From Staphylothermus marinus F1 (GTDB lineage: Archaea > Thermoproteota > Thermoprotei_A > Sulfolobales > Desulfurococcaceae), in the NCBI RefSeq assembly GCF_000015945.1, contig NC_009033.1, positions 930,001 to 962,000 of the forward strand: a DNA stretch of 32,000 bases, read 5' to 3'. The notes beneath the pieces were generated by a model. That model worked only from the letters and a program-made list of their open reading frames with translations. It was not told the origin of the DNA and searched no databases. How positions within the stretch are numbered: position 1 is the stretch's first letter; each line of letters opens with the position of its first letter. The translations under genes were made by a program, and so were the position numbers. Below are positions 17,201 through 24,436 of the stretch, one piece after another.

Positions 17201-17927
17201 AAGCCATTGGGGCAATAAAGGGGCTCATGAGGCAATACGTCCGGTTCATCCTCTTGATAGGGAGGATCTCGAGAAAGCTGTTGTTGAGGGAATAATTACT
17301 CCTACAATCCCGTTGACTTGGCTACATTATCGCATATATGACTTAATCTTTAAGAGATTCATATCTAGTCAAATGAATCCATATAAAGCTCTTATCAGCG
17401 AATACGATGTTGTAATCAATAATGAGATAGTTAAAACACTTGTTTTACCTATTGAAGTAGTTGAGGAAGGATTTAACATTGTTATGAGACCGAAGACCTA
17501 TGGTTTCCTTAAAGGACATGATAGGATCGATATAAGCATTAAAGATATTAAGACGATGATTACTTCCACAAAGCCTCTCTGTTCAGAAGGAGGCTTAGTT
17601 AAGTTAATGAGGGAGCATGGATTAGGTAGGCCAAGTACTTATTCCAAGATCATAAGTAATATTGTGCGTCACGGATATGTTATTAGATCTAAGAAGAGAG
17701 GATTCTTAATACCTACTAAGACCGGTATAGAAGTATATGATTATTTATCTAATAGTTTTCCAGAGCTGGTATCTATTGATACAACTAGGGATATGGAGAT
17801 GAGGATCGATTTGATAGCTAAGGGAGAGATGAGAGCGGCTGATGAGATAAGTAGAGTTATAGATAGAATTAGGAGATATAAGTTGCCATTATCGATAAGG
17901 GAGGTTGTAGCAGAAGCTTCCGCCTAG
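14265..17927 (+). CDS. rgy: Reverse gyrase (helicase-like domain fused to type IA topoisomerase)
   Basis: The 1220-aa ORF has an N-terminal zinc finger (CPTCRGD...CGKC), then helicase motifs APTGMGKT and DDVD. A Toprim/topo IA module follows (VESPTKAKTIARFFG, ATDPDIEGEKIA, TYHRTSY with the catalytic Tyr) with an internal Zn ribbon CRVCG...CPRCG. Confidence 0.95.
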   Translation: MEKILDPIYKNLCPTCRGDVFANSLWDFGVCGKCSDEPGNSINAVTLYHAFKEDLEDFTHFFGKATGDLNPWGAQLTWAKRLLNGENTVIVAPTGMGKTTLLIVYSVYVAKNYNKKVLFLAPTRALAKQIYTRIIEAVKNVCGTCINVLFYDSGLSKKRREEVLLKIKNNEYDILVLTNHFLIRHYDLLDPNHIGLIVIDDVDSLMRSSKNILRLMKLLGFREELIEKAKKRNSIIWKLMLSKSLNKEEDYRKYIEELIEIEAEIDELLRNSSRKQVVIASATGRMKGIYAKVMRDLLRIDVSGITIYGRNITDTYLLISDHVRDTDKILGFIETLGPGALIFISPRHPLKKNLIELVGLLRRKLEEKGYRVAEANPSTIKKFVRGEYDFLIGSSSYYGVSVRGIDAPETIKYVLFIGTPLFTVELGSFLASPNMLIRVSLMLSEVLGDQRFRGVASTIRKLVFPLNNGEIKLLSMLLKNKITINDLGKDSRIVKVYEQILDFYNDIRKSLEELLSKKKVVDMNTITFYHDNNKFYALIPDVMTYIQASGRCSRLYLGKMTHGLSLVVEYDFLSNLVNGLSLKMNMFSRGFGFKDINDIDLYEEKKLLEKTRKELKGLVLTYRNILVIVESPTKAKTIARFFGKPVRRKIGSISVYEIPFVKDSEVIHLNIVATRGHLFDLTTDPSIPNHGVLIENNRISPVYTSIKRCRVCGYQFTYGDRCPRCGSTSFTDSYEVVNVLRKLAQEADEVYIATDPDIEGEKIAYDVYLTIKGFVDRVWRIELHEITLNEFLNALENKRNINLKLVEAEIYRRVLDRVIGFSLSQELWRKYSKNWLGAGRVQTPVLGWIIDHYNKYVSNKCRKIIYITEREGLKFSICIDLKDRDLYEKMRSVEYVTLVLKNSRIETFNPPPPYTTDELLYDASRIGIPSTLTMKIAQELFESGLITYHRTSYHYVSSAGISVASKYLENKNLSKHFHPSHWGNKGAHEAIRPVHPLDREDLEKAVVEGIITPTIPLTWLHYRIYDLIFKRFISSQMNPYKALISEYDVVINNEIVKTLVLPIEVVEEGFNIVMRPKTYGFLKGHDRIDISIKDIKTMITSTKPLCSEGGLVKLMREHGLGRPSTYSKIISNIVRHGYVIRSKKRGFLIPTKTGIEVYDYLSNSFPELVSIDTTRDMEMRIDLIAKGEMRAADEISRVIDRIRRYKLPLSIREVVAEASA

Positions 17928-18193
17928 TATTTTCTCCTGATCTTCAATGCAATATATGATCTCATTCTTCCCCTTACTCTCTCGCTTCCAATTTCAATAT
18001 CTACTAATTCAATACTGTTTCCAAGACGATCCTTTAATGCCCAATACACGTCTATGGCTCTACTTATAAAGTCTCCTCTCCCCTTTAATATAATATTATC
18101 TACTCCTTCTTGAAAACTAATTATTGCTTCAAATACATAGTCATCAATTGGTCTTTTACCAATATCAATTATTTTTGTTGTCGGCGAATACAA
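17924..18193 (-). CDS. Alba paralogue (Alba2/Sso10b2-like)
   Basis: The 89-aa ORF reads IDIGKRPIDDYVFEAIISFQEGVDNIILKGRGDFISRAIDVYWALKDRL...YIALKIRR. This is the Alba fold pattern but is divergent from the 13808-14104 copy. Confidence 0.85.
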   Translation of the reverse strand: MYSPTTKIIDIGKRPIDDYVFEAIISFQEGVDNIILKGRGDFISRAIDVYWALKDRLGNSIELVDIEIGSERVRGRMRSYIALKIRRKY

Positions 18194-18264
18194 TTCTTCT
18201 ACCTCCTCCCCCTCAGTATCTTAACTGTGTATTGTTAAGGTCTATACCTAATATTTAAGGTCTT

Positions 18265-18896
18265 CTACAATGGTGCAACTAATACGAGCAATATTATAGC
18301 TATATTGGATATTGCAACCTCACTATTAACTGAGCCACCTAAAAAAGCAATGAACAAATGCTTATATTGAAGGCTTGGTTGCAAGTATTAAGGTAACGAA
18401 TACTGATGCAGCAATAGCTTCATAGACTATTCGTTTATTTAAATACTATAATTGTTTTGGAGATTGTGAAAACCATGATTGTTTTAATTATTGAGTTCGC
18501 TTTGTAAACCCCTATAATATAATGGTTAATGGAACGTGGATGAAGGGCTCTGTATGATCTGTGTCGAGCCCCAATAGCTCCCTCAATGAAGAGAGTGAAA
18601 ACCCAACCCAAGAGGGGGAAGCCCGCGCATCATAAAGCACGGGCAATCACTGTTAATACAATACGTACATCAGAATAACTTGTATTGAATGATGTATATG
18701 ATAATATCATTCCATATAAGCTTAGTAAGCCGAAAGAACATATTCCCGGCAATATAGAATATTCTTTACCACTACTCTTTTTCTCAAAAAGTACGATACG
18801 AGTTCTTTCTCTTTTTAAACCTATTAGAGCGCCCATTAGAAATGAAATAATAATTTTGAAAACAATGTCTGTTGTGGGATCATTAAGGAACAACAT
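18265..18896 (-). pseudogene. Decayed MgtC/SapB-DUF4010-type membrane protein gene
   Basis: The N-terminal 88-aa ORF (KIIISFLMGALIGLKRER...) matches the MgtC N-terminus and ends at an in-frame TGA (18630-18632). The same frame then continues another 64 codons (CAGFPLLGWVFTLFIEGAIGA...). Further downstream, membrane-like fragments lie in other frames (RIVYEAIAASVFVTLILATKPSI*, then HLFIAFLGGSVNSEVAISNIAIILLVLVAPL*). Confidence 0.55.
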
Positions 18897-18919
18897 AGTT
18901 ACTGCTTATGATGTAATGT

Positions 18920-18977
18920 TCAGCTTGGGTTCGATGATTCATCATCCCATATGGTCTAGGGATAGGGCGTTCATCAC
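18920..18977 (-). ncRNA. C/D-box sRNA candidate (weaker, with a 15-nt D guide)
   Basis: On the minus strand the layout is GUGAUGA(C)-12 nt ACGCCCUAUCCC-UAGA(D')-CCAUAUGGG-AUGAUGA(C')-15 nt AUCAUCGAACCCAAG-CUGA(D). The C box contains the TGA stop of the 18974 gene. Confidence 0.4.
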
Positions 18978-19567
18978 TTGGTGTCCCGTAATATATTCTT
19001 AATAAATGCTTCTATATTATATCTAATTCGTTCAATATCTTCAGCATGTTCTTCTTCGATGCATTTTATGAATAATGTTTTAGGTAGTTGTAGAAGATCG
19101 CTATTTATGATCTTTTCTTTTTCTAAGAACCTTATAGTTTGATACCTTTTATCTAATCTACAATAAATATACGCTACAATATCGTCGTTGATCTCCATCA
19201 AACAAAATGTTTTTGATCCTAGGACTTCTCTTCTAATTATTTTATTCTTGTATACACTGCATAAGCACATATTGTTTTTTAAAGTAATATAGTAATCTAT
19301 ACAAATACTCGAGGTTTTCATAGATAAATCTCTAATTGTAGATTCTATCTTATTGAGTAATTCAGAAAGCAGTCTTATAGGCATACTTATCCGTGCTTCT
19401 AGCGAATATGGAGATGTGATCATGGTTTTATAGCCGTATTCTCTTGACAGAACCTTCTCTATCTTGGTTAGGGGAATTTGCCTAGGAGTTTCTACGAGTA
19501 ATCTAATTATTAACATAGGCTCGGATGGGGATAACTTCTTCACCGAATAAGCATCCGTCTCGGGCAT
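18974..19567 (-). CDS. Hypothetical protein
   Basis: The track ORF runs to 19627 with a GTG start, but that start lies inside the guide of a textbook C/D sRNA. The first ATG (MPETDAYSV..., 19567) is the more likely start, giving 197 aa. No family is recognised. Confidence 0.5.
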   Translation of the reverse strand: MPETDAYSVKKLSPSEPMLIIRLLVETPRQIPLTKIEKVLSREYGYKTMITSPYSLEARISMPIRLLSELLNKIESTIRDLSMKTSSICIDYYITLKNNMCLCSVYKNKIIRREVLGSKTFCLMEINDDIVAYIYCRLDKRYQTIRFLEKEKIINSDLLQLPKTLFIKCIEEEHAEDIERIRYNIEAFIKNILRDTK

Positions 19568-19614
19568 TTCCTCATCGCCTTTTCCATTATTGTAATCATA
19601 ATGATTAATAAGAT

Positions 19615-19672
19615 GTGTCAGTAACACGGACCCTCTTCACAACTATCTGATAAGTGGCGATTCATCATCCAC
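19615..19672 (-). ncRNA. C/D-box sRNA
   Basis: On the minus strand the layout is GUGG-AUGAUGA(C)-12 nt AUCGCCACUUAU-CAGA(D')-UAGUU-GUGAAGA(C')-12 nt GGGUCCGUGUUA-CUGA(D)-CAC. It has a terminal GUG/CAC stem. The AT-rich TATA-like AATATAAT lies about 30 nt upstream. Confidence 0.7.
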
Positions 19673-19790
19673 TATTATGGTTTTGTTTTAGGAGTATTAT
19701 ATTATCTGCTAGTAAAAATTGATTTATAAAGGAGTATTAATAGTTAATACTGTACAGTTTATTTACAGTTTAAGAATTGTGTGATCTAAT

Positions 19791-20519
19791 ATGATGAAAC
19801 AACCATCACGTAAAACCTCGCTACTTATAAGTCAGGTAAGTATATTGTTGATTTCTTTAGTGACAGCTTTCATTCCACAATATTACATATATATTTTCAT
19901 ATTATACTTCATCATAATAATGGCTTTCATGTTTAGAAGTACTAGGAAAATGAGCAAGATACCTCCTAAGAAAGAACTGGGATCGCCATTGTTCAAGGAA
20001 AATAATGCTATAAAAATAGCAATGCTGGATAAACTCTTAACAGCTGAGTTAAAAAAACAGTTTACAGCATCTATGAGTTTACTATTATTAACTTTCTTAG
20101 TGTTCATAATATTTCCTCTCTATAGACAATTCGTATTTGTCCCAGTACATGAGCTATTATCGAGTATTATAGGCAATCCCGTCCTCGTCAACTTCTTAGA
20201 CTTCTTTATAATGTATGAATTTGTATTCGGTATCCTCAGTATACTTAGATTCTTTATTATGGGTAAAATGAGCGGAGTCAACATTATGTTGCCACAGAAC
20301 TTCATACTCTATAAAAAGGGGATCATCGCCAATGATAGGTTCTTCATAGAATTAACAAGCGATCTATGCTATAAATATGATTTAAAGAGGCATTTCGTAG
20401 AGTTAAGGAGTAGAACTAATAAGAATTTCAGAGTAAGATTATATACTGATTCTACATCTGACCTGTTAAACAAGATTAAGGATTTAGGGGTTGTTCAGTG
20501 TGCCGAAGAAGAAGTATAA
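19791..20519 (+). CDS. Hypothetical membrane protein
   Basis: The 242-aa ORF has about 4 predicted TM helices followed by a soluble C-terminal domain. No family is recognised. Confidence 0.5.
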   Translation: MMKQPSRKTSLLISQVSILLISLVTAFIPQYYIYIFILYFIIIMAFMFRSTRKMSKIPPKKELGSPLFKENNAIKIAMLDKLLTAELKKQFTASMSLLLLTFLVFIIFPLYRQFVFVPVHELLSSIIGNPVLVNFLDFFIMYEFVFGILSILRFFIMGKMSGVNIMLPQNFILYKKGIIANDRFFIELTSDLCYKYDLKRHFVELRSRTNKNFRVRLYTDSTSDLLNKIKDLGVVQCAEEEV

Positions 20520-20742
20520 CTGTATAGTTTGCGGTAGAGTATTTCCTGAGGGACAAGGTATTATTATAGAATATGATGGTCTACTACTTACCTTCCATAG
20601 CAATAGATGTGCATCCAAGTTTTTCAGGGAACTGCTTGAAAGAGTTCCTCCCGACGAGTTAAAAGATTATATTAAACGCTTAGTTTCAGAGTATAATGAA
20701 AGGCTGGAGGCTTTTAGAAAGCTTAGATCAAAGAAGATATGA
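20491..20742 (+). CDS. L24e-like/TRASH-type zinc-ribbon protein with a helical basic tail
   Basis: YNCIVCGRVFPEGQGIIIEYDGLLLTFHSNRCASKFF follows the ribosomal L24e pattern C-x2-C-G-x3-P-G-x-G...DG...F-x-S-x-x-C-x3-F. It lacks the usual L24e C-terminus and operon context. The start is TTG 20491 or GTG 20500, and the ORF overlaps the upstream membrane-protein gene. Confidence 0.55.
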   Translation: MFSVPKKKYNCIVCGRVFPEGQGIIIEYDGLLLTFHSNRCASKFFRELLERVPPDELKDYIKRLVSEYNERLEAFRKLRSKKI

Positions 20743-20799
20743 TCAGTTCGCGGTAATGTCTTCATCCCCTACGGGTCTCTGGGGGGCAAGTGTCTTCAT
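20743..20799 (-). ncRNA. C/D-box sRNA candidate with variant AUGAAGA C and C' boxes
   Basis: On the minus strand the layout is AUGAAGA(C)-CACUUGCCCCC-CAGA(D')-GACCCGUAGGGG (small CCC/GGG hairpin)-AUGAAGA(C')-12 nt CAUUACCGCGAA-CUGA(D). It is a GC-rich island in AT-rich DNA. The D box abuts the stop codon of the convergent 20491-20742 gene. Confidence 0.5.
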
Positions 20800-21056
20800 C
20801 TCGTAAAGAAATTATTGTTTCTGCAGTGTTTTAATTCTATTCTTTATATCTTCTACTATCTTATCTGTTATGCCCATTTTTACTGCTAATGAGTAAGCTT
20901 TTTCTAATGCTTCTTTCTCACTAGAAGCTTTAACATTAAATATTATGTTTGTCCCAATTATTGCTACTCTATATCTTGTATCGCCTAGGAAAATATATGA
21001 TTCAATTATTCGGAAATGTGATTTGCTGAGCAGTTTTATTCACCTATGTATTGTTT

Positions 21057-21106
21057 TCAGCTAAACCCTGCCTTCATCACTAATCAGTGATCGAGGGCTT
21101 CTTCAC
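21057..21106 (-). ncRNA. C/D-box sRNA
   Basis: On the minus strand the layout is GUGAAGA(C)-12 nt AGCCCUCGAUCA-CUGA(D')-UUA-GUGAUGA(C')-13 nt AGGCAGGGUUUAG-CUGA(D). It starts 9 nt downstream of the HIT gene stop codon. Confidence 0.7.
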
Positions 21107-21115
21107 CATTAATAA

Positions 21116-21598
21116 TCATTCCCAGTTTTCCCTTATTATCCTATATGTTTCTTGTAGGCTAATAGGCAGTGTCTTTGTTGAAGCAATTATAGCCATGAAA
21201 TTAGAGTCTCCAACCCATCTAGGAACAACGTGTATGTGTACATGTTCTTCTACACCTGCACCTGCGGCTCTCCCAATGTTTAATCCTATGTTGAAACCAT
21301 CTGGGGTAAATGATTTACGTAATGCTTTTATGGATCTGTTAAGTAGTTCTATCATCTCCGTCAGAATTTCTGGTTCTAGATCCTCTATTGAAGGCGTATG
21401 TTTATATGGTACTATGAGTAGATGCCCACTATTATATGGGTAAGCATTGAGTACTACATAGGAGTATTTTCCTCTGTAAACAATATATGCTTCATTATCT
21501 TTTTTCTTAGGTAATTCACAGAATATGCATATCCTCTTGGGTTTTAATGTGGAACGTATATATTCGTATCTCCAAGGGTTCCAGAGTATTCTGTACAA
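21116..21598 (-). CDS. HIT (histidine triad) family nucleotide hydrolase/transferase
   Basis: The 160-aa ORF contains CIFC..., NAYPYNSGHLLIVP, and the histidine triad VEEHVHIHVVPRW. Confidence 0.85.
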   Translation of the reverse strand: MYRILWNPWRYEYIRSTLKPKRICIFCELPKKKDNEAYIVYRGKYSYVVLNAYPYNSGHLLIVPYKHTPSIEDLEPEILTEMIELLNRSIKALRKSFTPDGFNIGLNIGRAAGAGVEEHVHIHVVPRWVGDSNFMAIIASTKTLPISLQETYRIIRENWE

Positions 21599-21601
21599 TT
21601 T

Positions 21602-21976
21602 TTATTTCACCATGAAATATTCTAGTGGGTTATTGTTTATATCAGCAACTATTTTAATTATTAGTGGTGAGTCTATGGTTTTTATCCTAAAATAGGTCCC
21701 GTCCCAATATATTTGTATAAATACTTTGTTTCCATGTATGATACTTGCTTCTTTGAGATTAATTGTTAAACCGCTTAGATAATCTATTGTTTTCCTCTTA
21801 TAGTATCTAGTAACGGGTTTATCATATGCTAGAACTATGTATTTGGTATTGTTTTCGAAGATAATATAAAGAGAAACTTTATTTTTGATTAATGGTTTTA
21901 TTCTTTTAAGAATGCTTTTTATGTTGCGGCTTTTCATATCGGTGCTTATAATGTTTAACATTGGGTGTTTGTTCAT
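21602..21976 (-). CDS. Hypothetical protein
   Basis: This is the 124-aa track ORF, 3 nt upstream of the HIT gene and so probably in an operon with it. No family is recognised. Its start may be an internal Met (M6 or M14). Confidence 0.45.
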   Translation of the reverse strand: MNKHPMLNIISTDMKSRNIKSILKRIKPLIKNKVSLYIIFENNTKYIVLAYDKPVTRYYKRKTIDYLSGLTINLKEASIIHGNKVFIQIYWDGTYFRIKTIDSPLIIKIVADINNNPLEYFMVK

Positions 21977-22790
21977 GGCTATACCCTTGGATATACATGT
22001 ATTGATCGATTTGGTTAAAATAGTGTTTTCCTTAATTGTTTTATTTATTTTTTCTATATATGATATTAAGTATCGGGATATACCAGATATTTATGTATGG
22101 TCTTTTCTGGGAATTAGTATTGTATTGTTTATTTTTACTATTACACAGTATGAGTTTACAGTGTTTCTTATAAGTTTTATAATGATGTCATTATTGTTTG
22201 GCGGGGGGGTTCCTTTAGCACTTTATTTCCTAGGCTATATGGGTGCTGCAGATGTAATAGCTATTGTTTCGCTCGCTTTTCTGTTTCCTTACACGGATAT
22301 TTATAAGTATTCTTTACTAACTAGTGGTGTGGAAGGTGTACATATTCCCCCAGTTTTTGTTATAATATTGTATTCTACTATAGTGTATTTGGTATATCTA
22401 CCATTTAAAATAATGTATATATTACTGGTTCACCGAGATAAGCTTCCGAGAAACATTAGCTATTTACTTAAGCTCATATATTTGCTTACTGGTACACCTA
22501 TGAAGATATCAGATTATTTGAGGAAAAAACATTATTATCCGTTAACAGTTTTCAAGGAGAATGACCAGGGTGTTGAGGTAATATATAGGAGCTCATTTAG
22601 TGTTGAAGAAGACTATATTGATCATCATGAAAACCTTAAACGCTTAATTAGTAAAGGCAAAATTTCTCCGAATAACTATATATGGGTAACTTATGGTATT
22701 CCGTATATTGTCCTATTATTATTTGGATTAGTTATGTTATTGATTATAGGGGATTATCCATTATTGTTGTTTCTCAAGTTTTTAGTTTAA
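21975..22790 (+). CDS. A24-family aspartic peptidase (archaeal prepilin/preflagellin peptidase, PibD/FlaK-like)
   Basis: The protein is polytopic. It has the first catalytic Asp motif SIYDIKYRDIPD and the second motif GYMGAADVIAIVSLAF (compare GxGDxK). The track ORF start at 21885 overlaps the divergent gene, so I chose the ATG at 21975 (MAIPLDIH...). Confidence 0.7.
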   Translation: MAIPLDIHVLIDLVKIVFSLIVLFIFSIYDIKYRDIPDIYVWSFLGISIVLFIFTITQYEFTVFLISFIMMSLLFGGGVPLALYFLGYMGAADVIAIVSLAFLFPYTDIYKYSLLTSGVEGVHIPPVFVIILYSTIVYLVYLPFKIMYILLVHRDKLPRNISYLLKLIYLLTGTPMKISDYLRKKHYYPLTVFKENDQGVEVIYRSSFSVEEDYIDHHENLKRLISKGKISPNNYIWVTYGIPYIVLLLFGLVMLLIIGDYPLLLFLKFLV

Positions 22791-22807
22791 TATATATTAA
22801 TTCTGCC

Positions 22808-23767
22808 TTACTCTTCGGGATCACGTATTCCTTCATCAACTATTACAAATATAGCTTCTCCTTCTGGAAGGTGTGGTGCGTCTACTACTCTTGCTATGCG
22901 TTTGTGTCCCTTAGCTTTTCTCAGCTGGACTCTAACTCCTGGAGTGTGAGCTAATACGTGTCCTCCAACTGCTTGTGTTGGGTCTCCATAGAACACGTCT
23001 GGCCTAGCCATTACCTGGTTTGTTACTACTACCGCGATATTGTATGCTTCAGCGAGTCTTACTAGTTGGTGTAAGTGTTTGTTGAGTTTCTGTTGTCTCG
23101 CCGCTAAATTTTCTCTTCCCGGATATTCTGCTCTGAAATGACTTGTTACAGAATCAATTACTACTAGTTTCACATTGTGTTCCGGCACGAACGAGAATAG
23201 TTCTTCAACTATTGCTATTTGGTGATCGCTATTATATGCTCTCTGATAATAAATATTCTCCATCACTTCATCTGGATCTAGTCCTAATCCTCTAGCCATA
23301 GCTTCTATTCTTTCCCATCTAAAGGTTCCCTCGGTATCTATATAGACAGCTCTACCGGATAATCCTCCTCTCTCAGGTGGTAGCTGTACATTAACACTTA
23401 GCTGGTGACATATCTGTGTTTTCCCAGTACCATATTCTCCGAAGAATTCTGTGATTGTTTTTGTTTCAATACCTCCCCCCAATAAGTCATCTAGGTTCTT
23501 GCTACCTGTGGTTATTTTTCTAACGCTTAGTCTCTCGAGTTTTACTTCTTTAGCTGTTTTGAATCTTATGCCTAGTAATTTTCTAGCATTAGCTATTATT
23601 CTTTCCGCTGTATGTAAGGGTATTCCTACTTTTTCAGCTAGTTCTTCTGCACGACTTACAACTATTGCCCATGGTGTTGTGAATCCTGCAGCTTCTAGTT
23701 TATCAGCTATGCTTGGGCCTACCCCTGGAATATCTCTTATGGATTTGATTTCTTTCTCTTTGGACAT
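22808..23767 (-). CDS. radA: DNA repair and recombination protein RadA
   Basis: The 319-aa ORF has an N-terminal HhH ([19 protein letters not shown]), Walker [10 protein letters not shown] and Walker B KLVVIDS. The rest reads as a typical RadA/Rad51 core. Confidence 0.95.
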   Translation of the reverse strand: MSKEKEIKSIRDIPGVGPSIADKLEAAGFTTPWAIVVSRAEELAEKVGIPLHTAERIIANARKLLGIRFKTAKEVKLERLSVRKITTGSKNLDDLLGGGIETKTITEFFGEYGTGKTQICHQLSVNVQLPPERGGLSGRAVYIDTEGTFRWERIEAMARGLGLDPDEVMENIYYQRAYNSDHQIAIVEELFSFVPEHNVKLVVIDSVTSHFRAEYPGRENLAARQQKLNKHLHQLVRLAEAYNIAVVVTNQVMARPDVFYGDPTQAVGGHVLAHTPGVRVQLRKAKGHKRIARVVDAPHLPEGEAIFVIVDEGIRDPEE

Positions 23768-23906
23768 TTTCTCCCCAACCCAATATATGGTGTTTATAAA
23801 TAGACCTATAATACTTTCGCTGCACTACTCACATTTAGTATAAACAATATGGGTTAATAAATATAGTCATCTATCAATATAATAGGCCATATTTATTTCA
23901 TATAAA

Positions 23907-24347
23907 ATGAGGGGTGCAGAGTTGTTTACTGTATCAGTTCAGCTTTCAAGCATTAATGCAGAGAGATTATCCGAGAATTTACCTCCAAAAATACAGTTCA
24001 ATGTTAACTTAGCGCTTCCAGCCAGTAATCCATACAGGAGAAATAATCAATACCTTATACCATTCACCTTCACCGTTTCATCTATGCCTCCTGTTGTACA
24101 GATAGTATTGAAGGGAAACGCTATTGTTATCACTACTAATAAAAACGAGTTAGAAAAGCTTGAAAAAGATATTAGGAATAAGAAGATCCCGCCTCCAATC
24201 GTACAAGCGGTTTTCACAAACATGCTTGCAGAAAGTATATTGTTAACTAGATCCCTAGGTGTGCCTCCACCATTACCTGGATTACCACAAATTCAACCTA
24301 TGCAATCTAGAGATAAAATAGGCCAACAACCAAGCACAGTTATTTAG
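23907..24347 (+). CDS. Hypothetical protein with a proline-rich C-terminus
   Basis: This is the 146-aa track ORF, divergent from radA. No family is recognised. Confidence 0.5.
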   Translation: MRGAELFTVSVQLSSINAERLSENLPPKIQFNVNLALPASNPYRRNNQYLIPFTFTVSSMPPVVQIVLKGNAIVITTNKNELEKLEKDIRNKKIPPPIVQAVFTNMLAESILLTRSLGVPPPLPGLPQIQPMQSRDKIGQQPSTVI

Positions 24348-24436
24348 TCAGAATAGGTTTTGGAATAGAAGATTTTTATCCAGTATATTTGATATGAGAA
24401 TTACTAAGCAAGAAGTATCTGTGTGGTGTATACTAA

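Noticed and set aside
18531-18650. GC-rich island with three short hairpins (GGGCUC...GAGCCC, CCCUC...GAGGG, GCCCG...CGGGC), considered as a possible ncRNA (C/D or H/ACA).
   Set aside because: There is no proper C/D box set with 12-nt spacing on either strand and no ACA/K-turn arrangement. The segment reads through in frame as the conserved core of the MgtC-like pseudogene (CAGFPLLGWVFTLFIEGAIGA), which explains its composition.
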